From the NCBI GenBank assembly GCA_963665275.2, contig CAXXIN010000007.1, forward strand, positions 608,001 to 672,000: DNA of 64,000 nt. The letters are read 5' to 3'. Positions 50,573 through 60,111 of this stretch are shown piece by piece. The DNA is from Negativicutes bacterium (GTDB taxonomy: Bacteria; Bacillota; Negativicutes; UBA1444). Each line of letters begins with the position of its first letter. Positions within the stretch are counted from its first letter, which is position 1. Below the pieces are notes generated by a model, which was not told the DNA's origin, made no database searches, and worked only from the letters and a program-made list of their open reading frames with translations. A program made the position numbers and the translations under genes.

Positions 50573-50684
50573 TCAGATGAAATTTTCCTTTTCAATGCAA
50601 TTCACGCCTATAACGGATTGACTTCCAGCTCAAAGCTCATTATTCTAAAGTTGAGACTGATGCTGTACGAATTAGGGGGCAACG

Positions 50685-51353
50685 ATGCAAAATAGAACAA
50701 TATTGATTACCGACGATGAGCTGCGTATTCGCAAACTAGTCGCAGATTTTCTTCTTCATGAAGGGTACACGGTATTAGAAGCAGAAAATGGGCGAATTGC
50801 ACTGGAGATTTTAGAAAAAGAAAAAGTCGACCTCGTGATACTCGATGTTATGATGCCTGAACAGGATGGCCTCAGTGTATGTCGCGAAATACGCAAAAAG
50901 AGTTCCATCCCGGTAATCATGCTCACAGCCAAAAGCGAAGAAATCGATCAGCTCTTTGCTTTCGAGTTGGGAGCTGACGAGTATGTCACCAAACCCTTCA
51001 GCCCCAAAATACTAACGGCGAGAGTCAATGCCTTGCTGCGACGTCTGGAAACCGAAACGCCGCTTAACACCAATGGACTGGTGATTGATACTGAATCCAG
51101 ACAGGTATCCATTGACGCGCAGCCACTGGAACTAAGTCCCAAAGAATATGACTTGCTCGCCTATTTATTCGATAACAAAGGAAAAGCGCTCAGCCGTCAA
51201 CAAATTTTGAATCAGGTTTGGAACTATGATTATTTTGGCGATCTTCGAACAGTTGACACCCACATCAATCGGTTGCGAACCAAGCTGGGCGAAAAAAGCT
51301 CCTTGGTTCAGACGATTCGTGGATATGGTTATCGTTTCGAGGTAGAAAAATGA
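50685..51353 (+). CDS. OmpR-family response regulator (RR2)
   Basis: TDDE, ILDVMMP, MLTA, GADEYVTKPF, RTVDTHI..LR, RGYGY. Confidence 0.95.
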   Translation: MQNRTILITDDELRIRKLVADFLLHEGYTVLEAENGRIALEILEKEKVDLVILDVMMPEQDGLSVCREIRKKSSIPVIMLTAKSEEIDQLFAFELGADEYVTKPFSPKILTARVNALLRRLETETPLNTNGLVIDTESRQVSIDAQPLELSPKEYDLLAYLFDNKGKALSRQQILNQVWNYDYFGDLRTVDTHINRLRTKLGEKSSLVQTIRGYGYRFEVEK

Positions 51354-52837
51354 AGTTCTCGATTCGAACCCGACTTTTTCTGACCCTAAGCGCACTACTC
51401 CTGTTTTTTGTGCTGATGTCGTTGAGCCTGACCCGGCTCGGTCTGGAAAAATACTATATGTGGCAGAAGGAGGACCTCCTGATTGCGACCAGCACTGCCA
51501 TAGACGATCTATACCGCGGCAACCCTGCCGACATCGCAATCGAACTTAAGCGAGCCGCCAATGCGTTGGGGGCCGGCATCATCATTTCCGACCGCAACGG
51601 GCAGCTGAAATATACTTCGTTCGGCCCCTTCATTCATCAAAGTTCCCCGGGGAATGGCCCTGCTTCTTTTCAGTTTCCTCCCCCGCCGCCCCATATCACC
51701 AAAAGCAGAAAGACGATTGACGACCGGACTGTATTGGAAATGCAGAGCGATCCCGATATCAAAATCGACTTTATGGTCATTGACCGACGACTGAACAACG
51801 GAGACACTTTGCACATGCGCCAGACCGTTGCGCCGATTTCCGAGAGCGCGGCTGTCGCTTCCCATTTCATGGTTTTCACCGGCTTGCTGTCTATCCTTGC
51901 CGGATGTATTTGGGCGTTCTTTTTTGCAAAAAGGTTTACCCTGCCGATCCAAAATCTCAACCGCCTCGCTCAACGCATGGCCTTGCTGGATTTTTCGCAA
52001 AAAGCTTCCATTGAGCGTAATGATGAGATCGGTGCTCTTGGTCAGAGTATCAATCATCTCTCCGACCAGCTGGATACGGCCATATCCGAACTCAACCAAA
52101 AAAACCGCCAATTACTGGCGGATGTGGAAAAAGAACGTCAGCTGGACAAAATGCGAAAGGACTTTATCTCCAGCGTTTCGCATGAACTAAAAACACCGCT
52201 TTCCCTTATTCTCGGTTATGCAGAAGGACTGAAGGAAAATGTGGCGCAAGATCAACAAAGCAAAGATTACTATTGTTCCATCATTATGGATGAAGCAGGA
52301 AAAATGGACCGCTTGGTGCATGATCTATTGAACTTGTCCCAAATCGAATCGGGGGGATTTCAACTGAATCGTGAGACCTTCAATTTGGAAGTTTTGCTTG
52401 GCGAATTGGCCCAAAAATATCAGCCCATATTGACGGACAAAGGGGTTGTCTTGGACCTACAATGCTCGACTGATTTGTTCGTTTCTGGCGACCGATTGCG
52501 CATTGAGCAGATTTTGTCCAATTATTTGAACAATGCCATCGAACATGCTACCGGTGAAAAAAAGATTAGTTTGTCGGTTGCCGCTGCAGAAGATCCTGAA
52601 CACGTCCGCGTCACTGTATTTAACTCAGGCTTCCCCATTCCGCAAGACAGTCTGGAAAAAATCTGGACCAGTTTTTATAAAGTTGACAAATCCCGAACGC
52701 GCGCCCGCGGTGGTCAAGGGTTGGGACTATCGATTGTCCGCGCGATTCAGGAGCTGCATGACAATCGCTACGGTGTGGACAACCTGGAATCAGGAGTTCG
52801 ATTTTGGTTTGACATTGATAAGGCAAAAACTATATAA
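51350..52837 (+). CDS. Sensor histidine kinase with HAMP domain (HK2)
   Basis: Two TMs, RNDEIG HAMP, VSHELKTPL, NNA, FYKVDKSR, GLGL; PPPPP in the sensor loop. Confidence 0.95.
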   Translation: MKFSIRTRLFLTLSALLLFFVLMSLSLTRLGLEKYYMWQKEDLLIATSTAIDDLYRGNPADIAIELKRAANALGAGIIISDRNGQLKYTSFGPFIHQSSPGNGPASFQFPPPPPHITKSRKTIDDRTVLEMQSDPDIKIDFMVIDRRLNNGDTLHMRQTVAPISESAAVASHFMVFTGLLSILAGCIWAFFFAKRFTLPIQNLNRLAQRMALLDFSQKASIERNDEIGALGQSINHLSDQLDTAISELNQKNRQLLADVEKERQLDKMRKDFISSVSHELKTPLSLILGYAEGLKENVAQDQQSKDYYCSIIMDEAGKMDRLVHDLLNLSQIESGGFQLNRETFNLEVLLGELAQKYQPILTDKGVVLDLQCSTDLFVSGDRLRIEQILSNYLNNAIEHATGEKKISLSVAAAEDPEHVRVTVFNSGFPIPQDSLEKIWTSFYKVDKSRTRARGGQGLGLSIVRAIQELHDNRYGVDNLESGVRFWFDIDKAKTI

Positions 52838-52839
52838 AG

Positions 52840-52890
52840 TGTATACAAACCTGTAATAATCCTGTAACAAATTCCCTTCATAATAAAGAT
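52840..52890 (+). promoter_or_regulatory. Second copy of the TGTAAC-repeat promoter
   Basis: TGTATACAAACCTGTAATAATCCTGTAACAA-N8-CATAAT. Confidence 0.75.
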
Positions 52891-52925
52891 GGAGTAAGAA
52901 ATCCATCCAGAAGGGAGATTGAATC

Positions 52926-53450
52926 ATGAACATCAATTGGAACAAAAAACTCGCAAGCGGCTTGGTACTCAGCAGCCTTCTACTATCGCTGGCTGTCGCC
53001 ATGGCGGCAGAGCCGCCAAACGCCCCTCCCGGACCCAACCCGGACGCCGTCCAGACCGGGAAGCCACGCCCAGAGGATCATGCCCAACGCCTACGCGCCA
53101 CACTGAAAAAACTGGTCGAAAAAAAGATTATAGAAGCCGACCAGGCGCATCGTGTAATATTGTTCTTTCACCAAAAAGATACCGAACGCAAAGCCGAATG
53201 GGATAAAATCCAAGCGTTAAGCGCAGACGAACGGGAAACTTATATGCAGCAACAATGCATACAACGGTGCCAGAAACGACCAGATTTGGTCAAGGACCTC
53301 ATGGAGGGAACCGGGTTGACTCAGGATCAGGCAAAAGCAATAGCCGATGAAATGCGTCCCCCACATGGTCCTGTTCCTGGCGGCCCTGGCGGCCCCGGCG
53401 GACCTGGCGGACCCGGACCCGAAAAACCTGACAACCCCACCGCGCCCTGA
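52926..53450 (+). CDS. Exported helical protein with Pro/Gly-rich termini
   Basis: Signal peptide ending AMA; GGP x4 tail encoded by a 9-bp tandem repeat at ~53379-53420. Confidence 0.8.
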   Translation: MNINWNKKLASGLVLSSLLLSLAVAMAAEPPNAPPGPNPDAVQTGKPRPEDHAQRLRATLKKLVEKKIIEADQAHRVILFFHQKDTERKAEWDKIQALSADERETYMQQQCIQRCQKRPDLVKDLMEGTGLTQDQAKAIADEMRPPHGPVPGGPGGPGGPGGPGPEKPDNPTAP

Positions 53451-53511
53451 TTGTTCAAAAAATAGCAAGGATCACCTCCGCATGCTACGGATGGTGATCC
53501 TTGTTATTTTG

Positions 53512-53940
53512 TCATACAGTCCTGCTGAAACCACGAGATACCCCTTGGTACCAACGGCCGATATAGGCATTTCGAATATTCCGTGTAACCCGGTTGCCTC
53601 CCAAATGAACTGCAATTTCGTTTTTCTTTTCTTTCGCCGTTTGAACAAGCTGCATTTGAAGCTCTTTGATTTGATTTTGAAGTTCTTGAACCGCCTTGAA
53701 CCTTGCCTGAACAACAGCGCATCCTTGCCATTCCTGTTCGTCCATCTCCTTTTGCGCCATTATTGTTAAATCCTTCAACAGTTGTCCTCGTATTTGCAAT
53801 AGCCGCTTCAGTCCGCGCAATGATTTATGTTCGCCTTGAAGGAAACGAATCTGCCGTTCCGTATTATCCGCAATGGCTTCCAAAAGAACTATTTTTCTAT
53901 TCAACAGGTTCATATACTCGACTTGTGTCATCATAATCAC
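53512..53940 (-). CDS. Flagellar export chaperone-like protein (FlgN/FliT-like)
   Basis: Coiled-coil, basic; overlaps the fliD stop (ATGA); C-terminal AY.......G. Confidence 0.6.
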   Translation of the reverse strand: MIMMTQVEYMNLLNRKIVLLEAIADNTERQIRFLQGEHKSLRGLKRLLQIRGQLLKDLTIMAQKEMDEQEWQGCAVVQARFKAVQELQNQIKELQMQLVQTAKEKKNEIAVHLGGNRVTRNIRNAYIGRWYQGVSRGFSRTV

Positions 53941-55871
53941 TCATCCGAACTCATTAAAGAGTCAATATAGGAACTTTGTGAATTCATCTCTTCGATCGCT
54001 TCTTCCATTGCAGAGAACTTTGCTTCCCATCGTTCCCGCAATGCATCCAAGCGATCTTCTTCTTTTTCAATTCGTTCTTCATAATCAGTGATTTTAGTAG
54101 TTAATGAATTATCGGTATCACTGCCGTCGCTATCCATTCCTGCCAACTCCAATAACCGTCCCTTATTTCCCGCTGAATCAGTAGATGTGGAAACATAATC
54201 GGATAAAATATCATAGAATCGTAGGGCGATCCCTTCTTCTTCGTAACGCGTTTCTCGTTCAGCACTGGTCATAGTCCTCACTGCCGAGTTGGTGGAATAT
54301 GAGGTCGACTTTTGCGCAAACAGCGCCTGTACTGCGGAAGCGTCTTCTTCAATTGCCGCCGTCAGTGCATCCTCGTCAATGTATAATTTGCCATTTTCAT
54401 CATACGTGCCTGAAGTAATACCAATTGCTGATAGCGACAACGAAGAATCCGATACCGAATCCATTAAGGCAAGTCGAAAATTGCGGAGCATATCACTCAG
54501 CGTATCATCTCCCTCAAGTAATCCTGTTTTTGCTTTCGCATTCCATTTTTCGATCTCGGTGTCGCTCATTTCCGCTTCCTCATCGTCAGTCAACGGAAGA
54601 TAATCGCTGTCATAATTTTCATCTAGTGTGTCGTTGATTGATTCAATCAATGTATTATACGCAACAACAAAATTGTCAATCAAATCATAAACGGCATCCG
54701 TATCTTGCTCAACATCCACCGTGACTTCTTCGGTTGTCACATCGGCAAGTTTATAAGTTACGCCATCCAGTTCAATCGAATTGGAGCTGCGAGTAACTTT
54801 CGTCCCATCGTAGACCATGATCGCGTCAGTTCCCTCTGCGGCCGTCCCACCTAACAAACTGGAGATAAACGAACTGCTGTCGCTATCCGCTACCGTCAGC
54901 ATCTCGCCGGCTCCCGTGTCATCAGATGTCAAAACCAGCATATCCGTCAGTTCATCATATTTGAGCGTTGCGCCACAATCCGAATCATTAACCGCATCAA
55001 TAACATCACCCAATGTTTCATCTTCCGCGAAAGTAAAAGAGGTGCCATTGATGGTAAACGTTACTTCATTATCGCCACTCGTTGAATTCGCAACGAAAGT
55101 CATTGCCGTATCTAATTGCGCAGAGATTTCCGCCAGTGTCGAATCCTCGGTAACTCTATTCGAAGTAACATCCGTTGAAGCAAATCCTAAATTTGTCAGC
55201 GCTCCATCCGATGTGCTATCCGCAATCGAAATCGACGACACCCCGCTGTCTGTAGCGGCAGTAAAAGTCAAAACACTTGCGCCATCAACCGTAGTAGTTC
55301 CGACCGTCACTTTGCCGTTACCGACTGCAGTGTCAACTGCATCCTGCAAAGAATCTGCATCGGTTACGGAAGAATCAATCGTTACCGTATAATCAGTTCC
55401 ATCCACCGTAATAACAAAGCTTTCTCCCACAGCGCTGGTATAATCCGCTGCGCTGCTGGCCGTGATGTCTTCGGATAACGTTGAGCTGCTGCTGATTGTC
55501 TCCGCCGTCGCCAACTGAGTCACTTCAATCGTGTGGGAACCAGCCTCCGCATCCACACCGGCAGTAGCCGTCACAGCCGAAGTATCGGAACTGGTTGTAT
55601 CAAATTGCAAATAGTTTGCTTGTTTGATCAGGCTGGATGAGGATGTGGATGAAAAATAGGTATCGACGAACTCCGACAAGTCGTCAATGATATCCCGATA
55701 CGCTTCCTGCTTCCATTCTGTCAGCTGCAATTGCTGATTTAACGAATCCAGTTTTGAACTTTCGGCATCGACCAGTTCATCAACAAGTGAAGCGGTGTCG
55801 ATTCCCGAAGCAAGTCCCGATATGGCAGTACTGCCGCTGCTGGTAGTGTAGGTGGTAATGCTGCTTGACAT
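53937..55871 (-). CDS. fliD: Flagellar filament cap protein (acidic, Ser/Thr-rich variant)
   Basis: ISGLASGIDT..LV..L, V.QLA, SN.I..DGVT, F...YN, PLTD.....M...EIEKW..KAK.GLL, KF.AME. Confidence 0.92.
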   Translation of the reverse strand: MSSSITTYTTSSGSTAISGLASGIDTASLVDELVDAESSKLDSLNQQLQLTEWKQEAYRDIIDDLSEFVDTYFSSTSSSSLIKQANYLQFDTTSSDTSAVTATAGVDAEAGSHTIEVTQLATAETISSSSTLSEDITASSAADYTSAVGESFVITVDGTDYTVTIDSSVTDADSLQDAVDTAVGNGKVTVGTTTVDGASVLTFTAATDSGVSSISIADSTSDGALTNLGFASTDVTSNRVTEDSTLAEISAQLDTAMTFVANSTSGDNEVTFTINGTSFTFAEDETLGDVIDAVNDSDCGATLKYDELTDMLVLTSDDTGAGEMLTVADSDSSSFISSLLGGTAAEGTDAIMVYDGTKVTRSSNSIELDGVTYKLADVTTEEVTVDVEQDTDAVYDLIDNFVVAYNTLIESINDTLDENYDSDYLPLTDDEEAEMSDTEIEKWNAKAKTGLLEGDDTLSDMLRNFRLALMDSVSDSSLSLSAIGITSGTYDENGKLYIDEDALTAAIEEDASAVQALFAQKSTSYSTNSAVRTMTSAERETRYEEEGIALRFYDILSDYVSTSTDSAGNKGRLLELAGMDSDGSDTDNSLTTKITDYEERIEKEEDRLDALRERWEAKFSAMEEAIEEMNSQSSYIDSLMSSDE

Positions 55872-55892
55872 TGTCGGTTCCCTCCTTTAATG

Positions 55893-57008
55893 TCAGGATA
55901 AGTAATCGACCAGAGATTTGGTGATGACTTTCGCACCGACCGATAATGATGCGTCATAAATCGTTTGGGCTGTGGCATATTCCGTCGTAGCCACGGAAAG
56001 ATCCGAATCGATATTTGAGCTAAGCAATCCAGTATAGGTTGTGTAGTCACTGGTTAAGCGTGACGAACAAGTCTCCACATAATTCATGCGCGCTCCCAAA
56101 TCCGACGTTTCCGTGGAAATCGACGCCAAATTGGCATCAATCTCATCCAACAATCCATCCATAGTGAATGTTGTCGTAGTGGTTCCTGTTGCCAAGCCGG
56201 TAGTCGAGTCAACCACGACCGACTGATAACTGGTTTCACCACTCAGTCCGAGTAGCAGTTTGTCAATCGTATCAAATAAATTACCGTTTCCCGTCCCTGT
56301 CACACTCTGGCCTTCCACATTGACAGCCGTCTCACTGCTGTACCCGGTATTGTACTTGATTTCCTGCGCGGTTGTACTGGTGTAGATATTACTGGTCGTC
56401 GTTGACCCGCTCGTTGTCGAAGCATAGGTATTGTAGGCATCCACTAACCCTGTTGAGTCAACCGAACTTGATACCACACTATATAAACTGAGATAGCTTC
56501 CTTTAAATGTCGTTTGTTCCAGCTCTGTTGCATCTCCAGTAGTAGAATCCGTTACAGTAGTCGTCGCTGAATCATATGGTGCCTCATCCGTGGAGTATCC
56601 GCCGAAAATATAGCGTCCTGCATACTGTGTATTCATCAATTCAACGATACTGTCTTTTATTTCGGATACTTCCGCCGAGATGGCCGCAAGTTCAGTATCA
56701 TCCAAAATATCGCTGGAAGCTTGTGATGTTAGATCACGAATTTGCTGCATTGCATCTGTCAGAGAATCCAGTGTACTCGACGTCACTTTCATCCATGAAG
56801 TAGCATCAGTGGCGTTCGACTGATACTGCTCAATTTTCGCTATGACACTGCGATATTGCAACGTCTTGGTCGCCGCAACCGGATCATCCGAAGCTTCCTG
56901 AAACTTCACGCCGGTCGACGTTTCTTCTTGCGCATCACTCAAACGCCCCATATTATCATTAATATTTCGGATTACACTTTGGGTCATCATGGTGTTTGTG
57001 ATCCGCAT
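55893..57008 (-). CDS. flgL: Flagellar hook-filament junction protein FlgL
   Basis: MRITN.M, SDDP, MNT.YAGRYIFGG, LGARMN, SLVDYL. Confidence 0.92.
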   Translation of the reverse strand: MRITNTMMTQSVIRNINDNMGRLSDAQEETSTGVKFQEASDDPVAATKTLQYRSVIAKIEQYQSNATDATSWMKVTSSTLDSLTDAMQQIRDLTSQASSDILDDTELAAISAEVSEIKDSIVELMNTQYAGRYIFGGYSTDEAPYDSATTTVTDSTTGDATELEQTTFKGSYLSLYSVVSSSVDSTGLVDAYNTYASTTSGSTTTSNIYTSTTAQEIKYNTGYSSETAVNVEGQSVTGTGNGNLFDTIDKLLLGLSGETSYQSVVVDSTTGLATGTTTTTFTMDGLLDEIDANLASISTETSDLGARMNYVETCSSRLTSDYTTYTGLLSSNIDSDLSVATTEYATAQTIYDASLSVGAKVITKSLVDYLS

Positions 57009-57037
57009 CATTGTCTCCACCCTCTTTCGTTCATCTT

Positions 57038-58588
57038 TTAACCGTCGACCATATCCAGCATGGTCTGATACACTTCTTGCCACATACTAACGGCTTTGGC
57101 CGAAGCGGCAAAAGATTCTTGGTACAGAACTAAATTGGTAGTTTCTTCAGTGGTTGACACGCTGGATACAGATGCACGCCTGGTATCTATCGCACTCAAA
57201 ATTGTGTCATGTCTATCTGTTTGCGTTGTTGCATAGGAATTGGCTGTGCCTAGCGTTGCCGTCATGGATTCCAAATAATCGCTCAAGCTGCAATTGCCGA
57301 AAACCTCTTGCGAGTCGCAAAGATCAATCAACTCCAGCATATTTTCCGCATTCTCCGTCTCTGTCGTATCAGATGACGAAGAGGCTGCAATATTGGATAC
57401 ATCACTTAGCACCTCATATGACAGTGAAATATTCGCCGCCGTTATCTTGGAGTAAGCTGCGGCAGTTTCTTCATCGGTGGGAGTTGTCGTTCGATCCAGG
57501 AAACTTGTGGAACTCGTTTCATCGTAAGTGAAAAAGCAAATTCCTGTATCGCCATCGGAATCATACCCGTCGGCATGACCGGAATAACTGCTGGTTCCTT
57601 CATTAAAGGCTTCAGCCAAAGTTTGGGCGTACTCATCCAGTTGATCCATATAATAAACGATGCCCTTATAGTCTCCATTTTCTCCCGTACCATCGCGCAG
57701 TTCCAGCAATGCCCCCAGTTGCCCGCTTTCCGGAGTTACTGAATCGCCGGTATCACTCCACACCACCTCATACATACCGTTGTCTGTACTGGTGGAATCG
57801 ACCACTTCATTGCATTCCAGCGTCCGATAGTTACTGCCGTTGACCAACGTGCCGCCATCAAGTGTAATAACCAGCGTTGTAACTTTTTCTCCCGAAACGG
57901 ACGTACCTGCCGAAGTTTCCGTTACTTCAACATTCACTAAACTTGATAACTTATCGATCAAGAGATCTCTCTGATCTTCCAGATCACTGGCGTCACTACC
58001 GCCGACCTGCGCTTTCTGAATCTGTTGATTCAAAGCGGCAATCCGTTCACTATAGGAATTGATCTCCGATACGGAAGTTTTGACGTCTTCGTTCAAAGAA
58101 TCCCGTTCACTTGACAGAGATGTCGCCATACTGTTCAAATAATCGCAAACCGCTTGCCCGGCCTGTTGCAAACAAGTCCGGGCATCCGTGCTGTTGGGGT
58201 CGGTAGAAACGTCTTCCAATGCGGCGGAGAAGTCACTCATAACCGTGTCGAACCCATCTTCGCTGCTGATGTCTTCCAGTACGTCTTCCAACTCACCCAG
58301 CGTCGTCGACTTGGTTTCCCATGCTATCGCCACACTGTTTTCGTCCCGGTACTCGGCATCAATCAACGCATCTCGTTCTCGAGAAATCGAAGTAATTTCA
58401 GTTCCAGAACCGGTGCTGGCGCTTGAAATATATATAGCTGCCGGGCCTATCGCCGACTGAGTAACCGTTTTGCGGGAATAACCGTCCGTATTGGCATTAC
58501 TAATATTATTGGTCGCAACCGACATCGCCGCCTGACTGGCATATAATCCAGTCGTGGCCGAATATAATCCGGTAAAAGTCGAAGACAT
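57038..58588 (-). CDS. flgK: Flagellar hook-associated protein FlgK (copy 2)
   Basis: STF.GL..A.TGL.ASQ, NNISNANT.GYSR, LEDQRDLLIDKLS, SVSSVS..EE..NL..YQ. Confidence 0.92.
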   Translation of the reverse strand: MSSTFTGLYSATTGLYASQAAMSVATNNISNANTDGYSRKTVTQSAIGPAAIYISSASTGSGTEITSISRERDALIDAEYRDENSVAIAWETKSTTLGELEDVLEDISSEDGFDTVMSDFSAALEDVSTDPNSTDARTCLQQAGQAVCDYLNSMATSLSSERDSLNEDVKTSVSEINSYSERIAALNQQIQKAQVGGSDASDLEDQRDLLIDKLSSLVNVEVTETSAGTSVSGEKVTTLVITLDGGTLVNGSNYRTLECNEVVDSTSTDNGMYEVVWSDTGDSVTPESGQLGALLELRDGTGENGDYKGIVYYMDQLDEYAQTLAEAFNEGTSSYSGHADGYDSDGDTGICFFTYDETSSTSFLDRTTTPTDEETAAAYSKITAANISLSYEVLSDVSNIAASSSSDTTETENAENMLELIDLCDSQEVFGNCSLSDYLESMTATLGTANSYATTQTDRHDTILSAIDTRRASVSSVSTTEETTNLVLYQESFAASAKAVSMWQEVYQTMLDMVDG

Positions 58589-58611
58589 AATTCACCTCCA
58601 GAAGCTACGCA

Positions 58612-60111
58612 TCACCTTATCAGTGAAATAATATCCGATACCAGGCCGTCCACAAGACTTAGATATTTCGAGGATGCACTATAGGCGGTTTGGTACTCAA
58701 TCATTTTAGACAATTCATCCTCCATAGAAACACTCGATACTGACAATCGATCGGTGTTGGTTTGCGTGGTCAGACTTTCCTGCGTCGTCACCAGTCCTGC
58801 CGTCGTTTCGTTTTCCGTCGCCAGCCAGGAAACAACGGCTGTATAATAATCGTCGACACTCTTGGAAAGCCCATCGACCTCCAACAGATCCGAATCTTGC
58901 AGCCCGGCAATCGCAGTCGCGATTCCCCCGTCACTGGCCTCGCCGGTCGCAGATACCGCCAACAAGGACGAGTCTGAAGACAAGGCTGAATTGACCTGGA
59001 TATTGCTGATGTTTAATCCTGTTCCGTCGCCTGTTCCGCTGTTGATGAAGAACACCGTCGTATTGGTGTTGGTTGTGTCGGTTTCACCAAGTTCAACGCC
59101 GGAACTAAAAAGATCATTCACTTTGTAGGCAATCGTCGTGATCAAAGCATTCAATCCTTGTCGCAGTTCTCCGATCGAACTGGCGGATGAGGGGTCGAAA
59201 TCATACGGAAGATCTGTACTGGAAATAGTCAGCACGGCGCTCTGATCAGCGTCTTCCATCTGGGCCAAAATACTGCCGGAAGAAAAGCCCACAGTTTTGC
59301 CCGTTTCCGCCCAAGTCACCGTCAACGGATCGTTCGCTGATCCGTCTCCAGACGCAACCAATGTATGTGTCTTATCATCACTGACCAGGTACACGCCGCC
59401 GATCAAAACTTGATATGTTCCATCAGTCTGTACGTTGACTGTAACGTCTGCCAAATCAGACATTTGATCAACCAAGGTGTCACGCTGATCCTCCAGATCG
59501 TTGGCTGTATATCCTTTGGTTTCTGCAAGTTTGATTTGCGAATTCAAATCAGCTACCTGTGTCGCCAAGTCGTTTAACGTATCCACCGATTCGTAAACAT
59601 TCGCCGCACATTCTTCCTGCAGTTGCTGCAACTGAGAATCCATTTCCGACACTAAATCCACCAAGCTGGTTGCCGATTCCAGAACCGTATCCTGTGCACT
59701 CGTACTGGAAAGATCTTTCGCGAGCTCTTCCCAACTGGAAAAAAAATCTTCCATGGCCAATTGTACGCCTGTTTCCTCTGCTGAGTCATCCGATGTAGAG
59801 GTTGAAAAATCGCCCAGCAAAGCCTCCGCGCTGCTCAAAGTATCGCTCTTGGCTTCATAGTAATACAGGTCCGCATTTTCACTGCGATAGGTCCGATCCA
59901 GCATTGTGCTTCGCAGGCGCGTAACCGAATCCAAAGCAACGCCTGTCCCCAGAACCGCCGACGAAGTGACAATTTCGGAAGTATTCGTCCGTTGCCTGGA
60001 ATATCCCGTTGTATTGACATTCGCCAAATTATGGCTGATCGTCTCCAAAGCTGTTTGGTTGACGGACATTCCTGTATAACCCAGACTATATGAGCCGATT
60101 GTAGAAGACAT
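58612..60111 (-). CDS. flgK: Flagellar hook-associated protein FlgK (copy 1)
   Basis: HNLANVNT.GYSRQ, NDLEDQRD.LVD, SVSSVSMEDE...MI.YQ.AY. Confidence 0.92.
   Translation of the reverse strand: MSSTIGSYSLGYTGMSVNQTALETISHNLANVNTTGYSRQRTNTSEIVTSSAVLGTGVALDSVTRLRSTMLDRTYRSENADLYYYEAKSDTLSSAEALLGDFSTSTSDDSAEETGVQLAMEDFFSSWEELAKDLSSTSAQDTVLESATSLVDLVSEMDSQLQQLQEECAANVYESVDTLNDLATQVADLNSQIKLAETKGYTANDLEDQRDTLVDQMSDLADVTVNVQTDGTYQVLIGGVYLVSDDKTHTLVASGDGSANDPLTVTWAETGKTVGFSSGSILAQMEDADQSAVLTISSTDLPYDFDPSSASSIGELRQGLNALITTIAYKVNDLFSSGVELGETDTTNTNTTVFFINSGTGDGTGLNISNIQVNSALSSDSSLLAVSATGEASDGGIATAIAGLQDSDLLEVDGLSKSVDDYYTAVVSWLATENETTAGLVTTQESLTTQTNTDRLSVSSVSMEDELSKMIEYQTAYSASSKYLSLVDGLVSDIISLIR

Noticed and set aside
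53379-53420. 9-bp tandem repeat as CRISPR or contingency locus
   Set aside because: In-frame, degenerate at third positions, and simply encodes (GGP)n.
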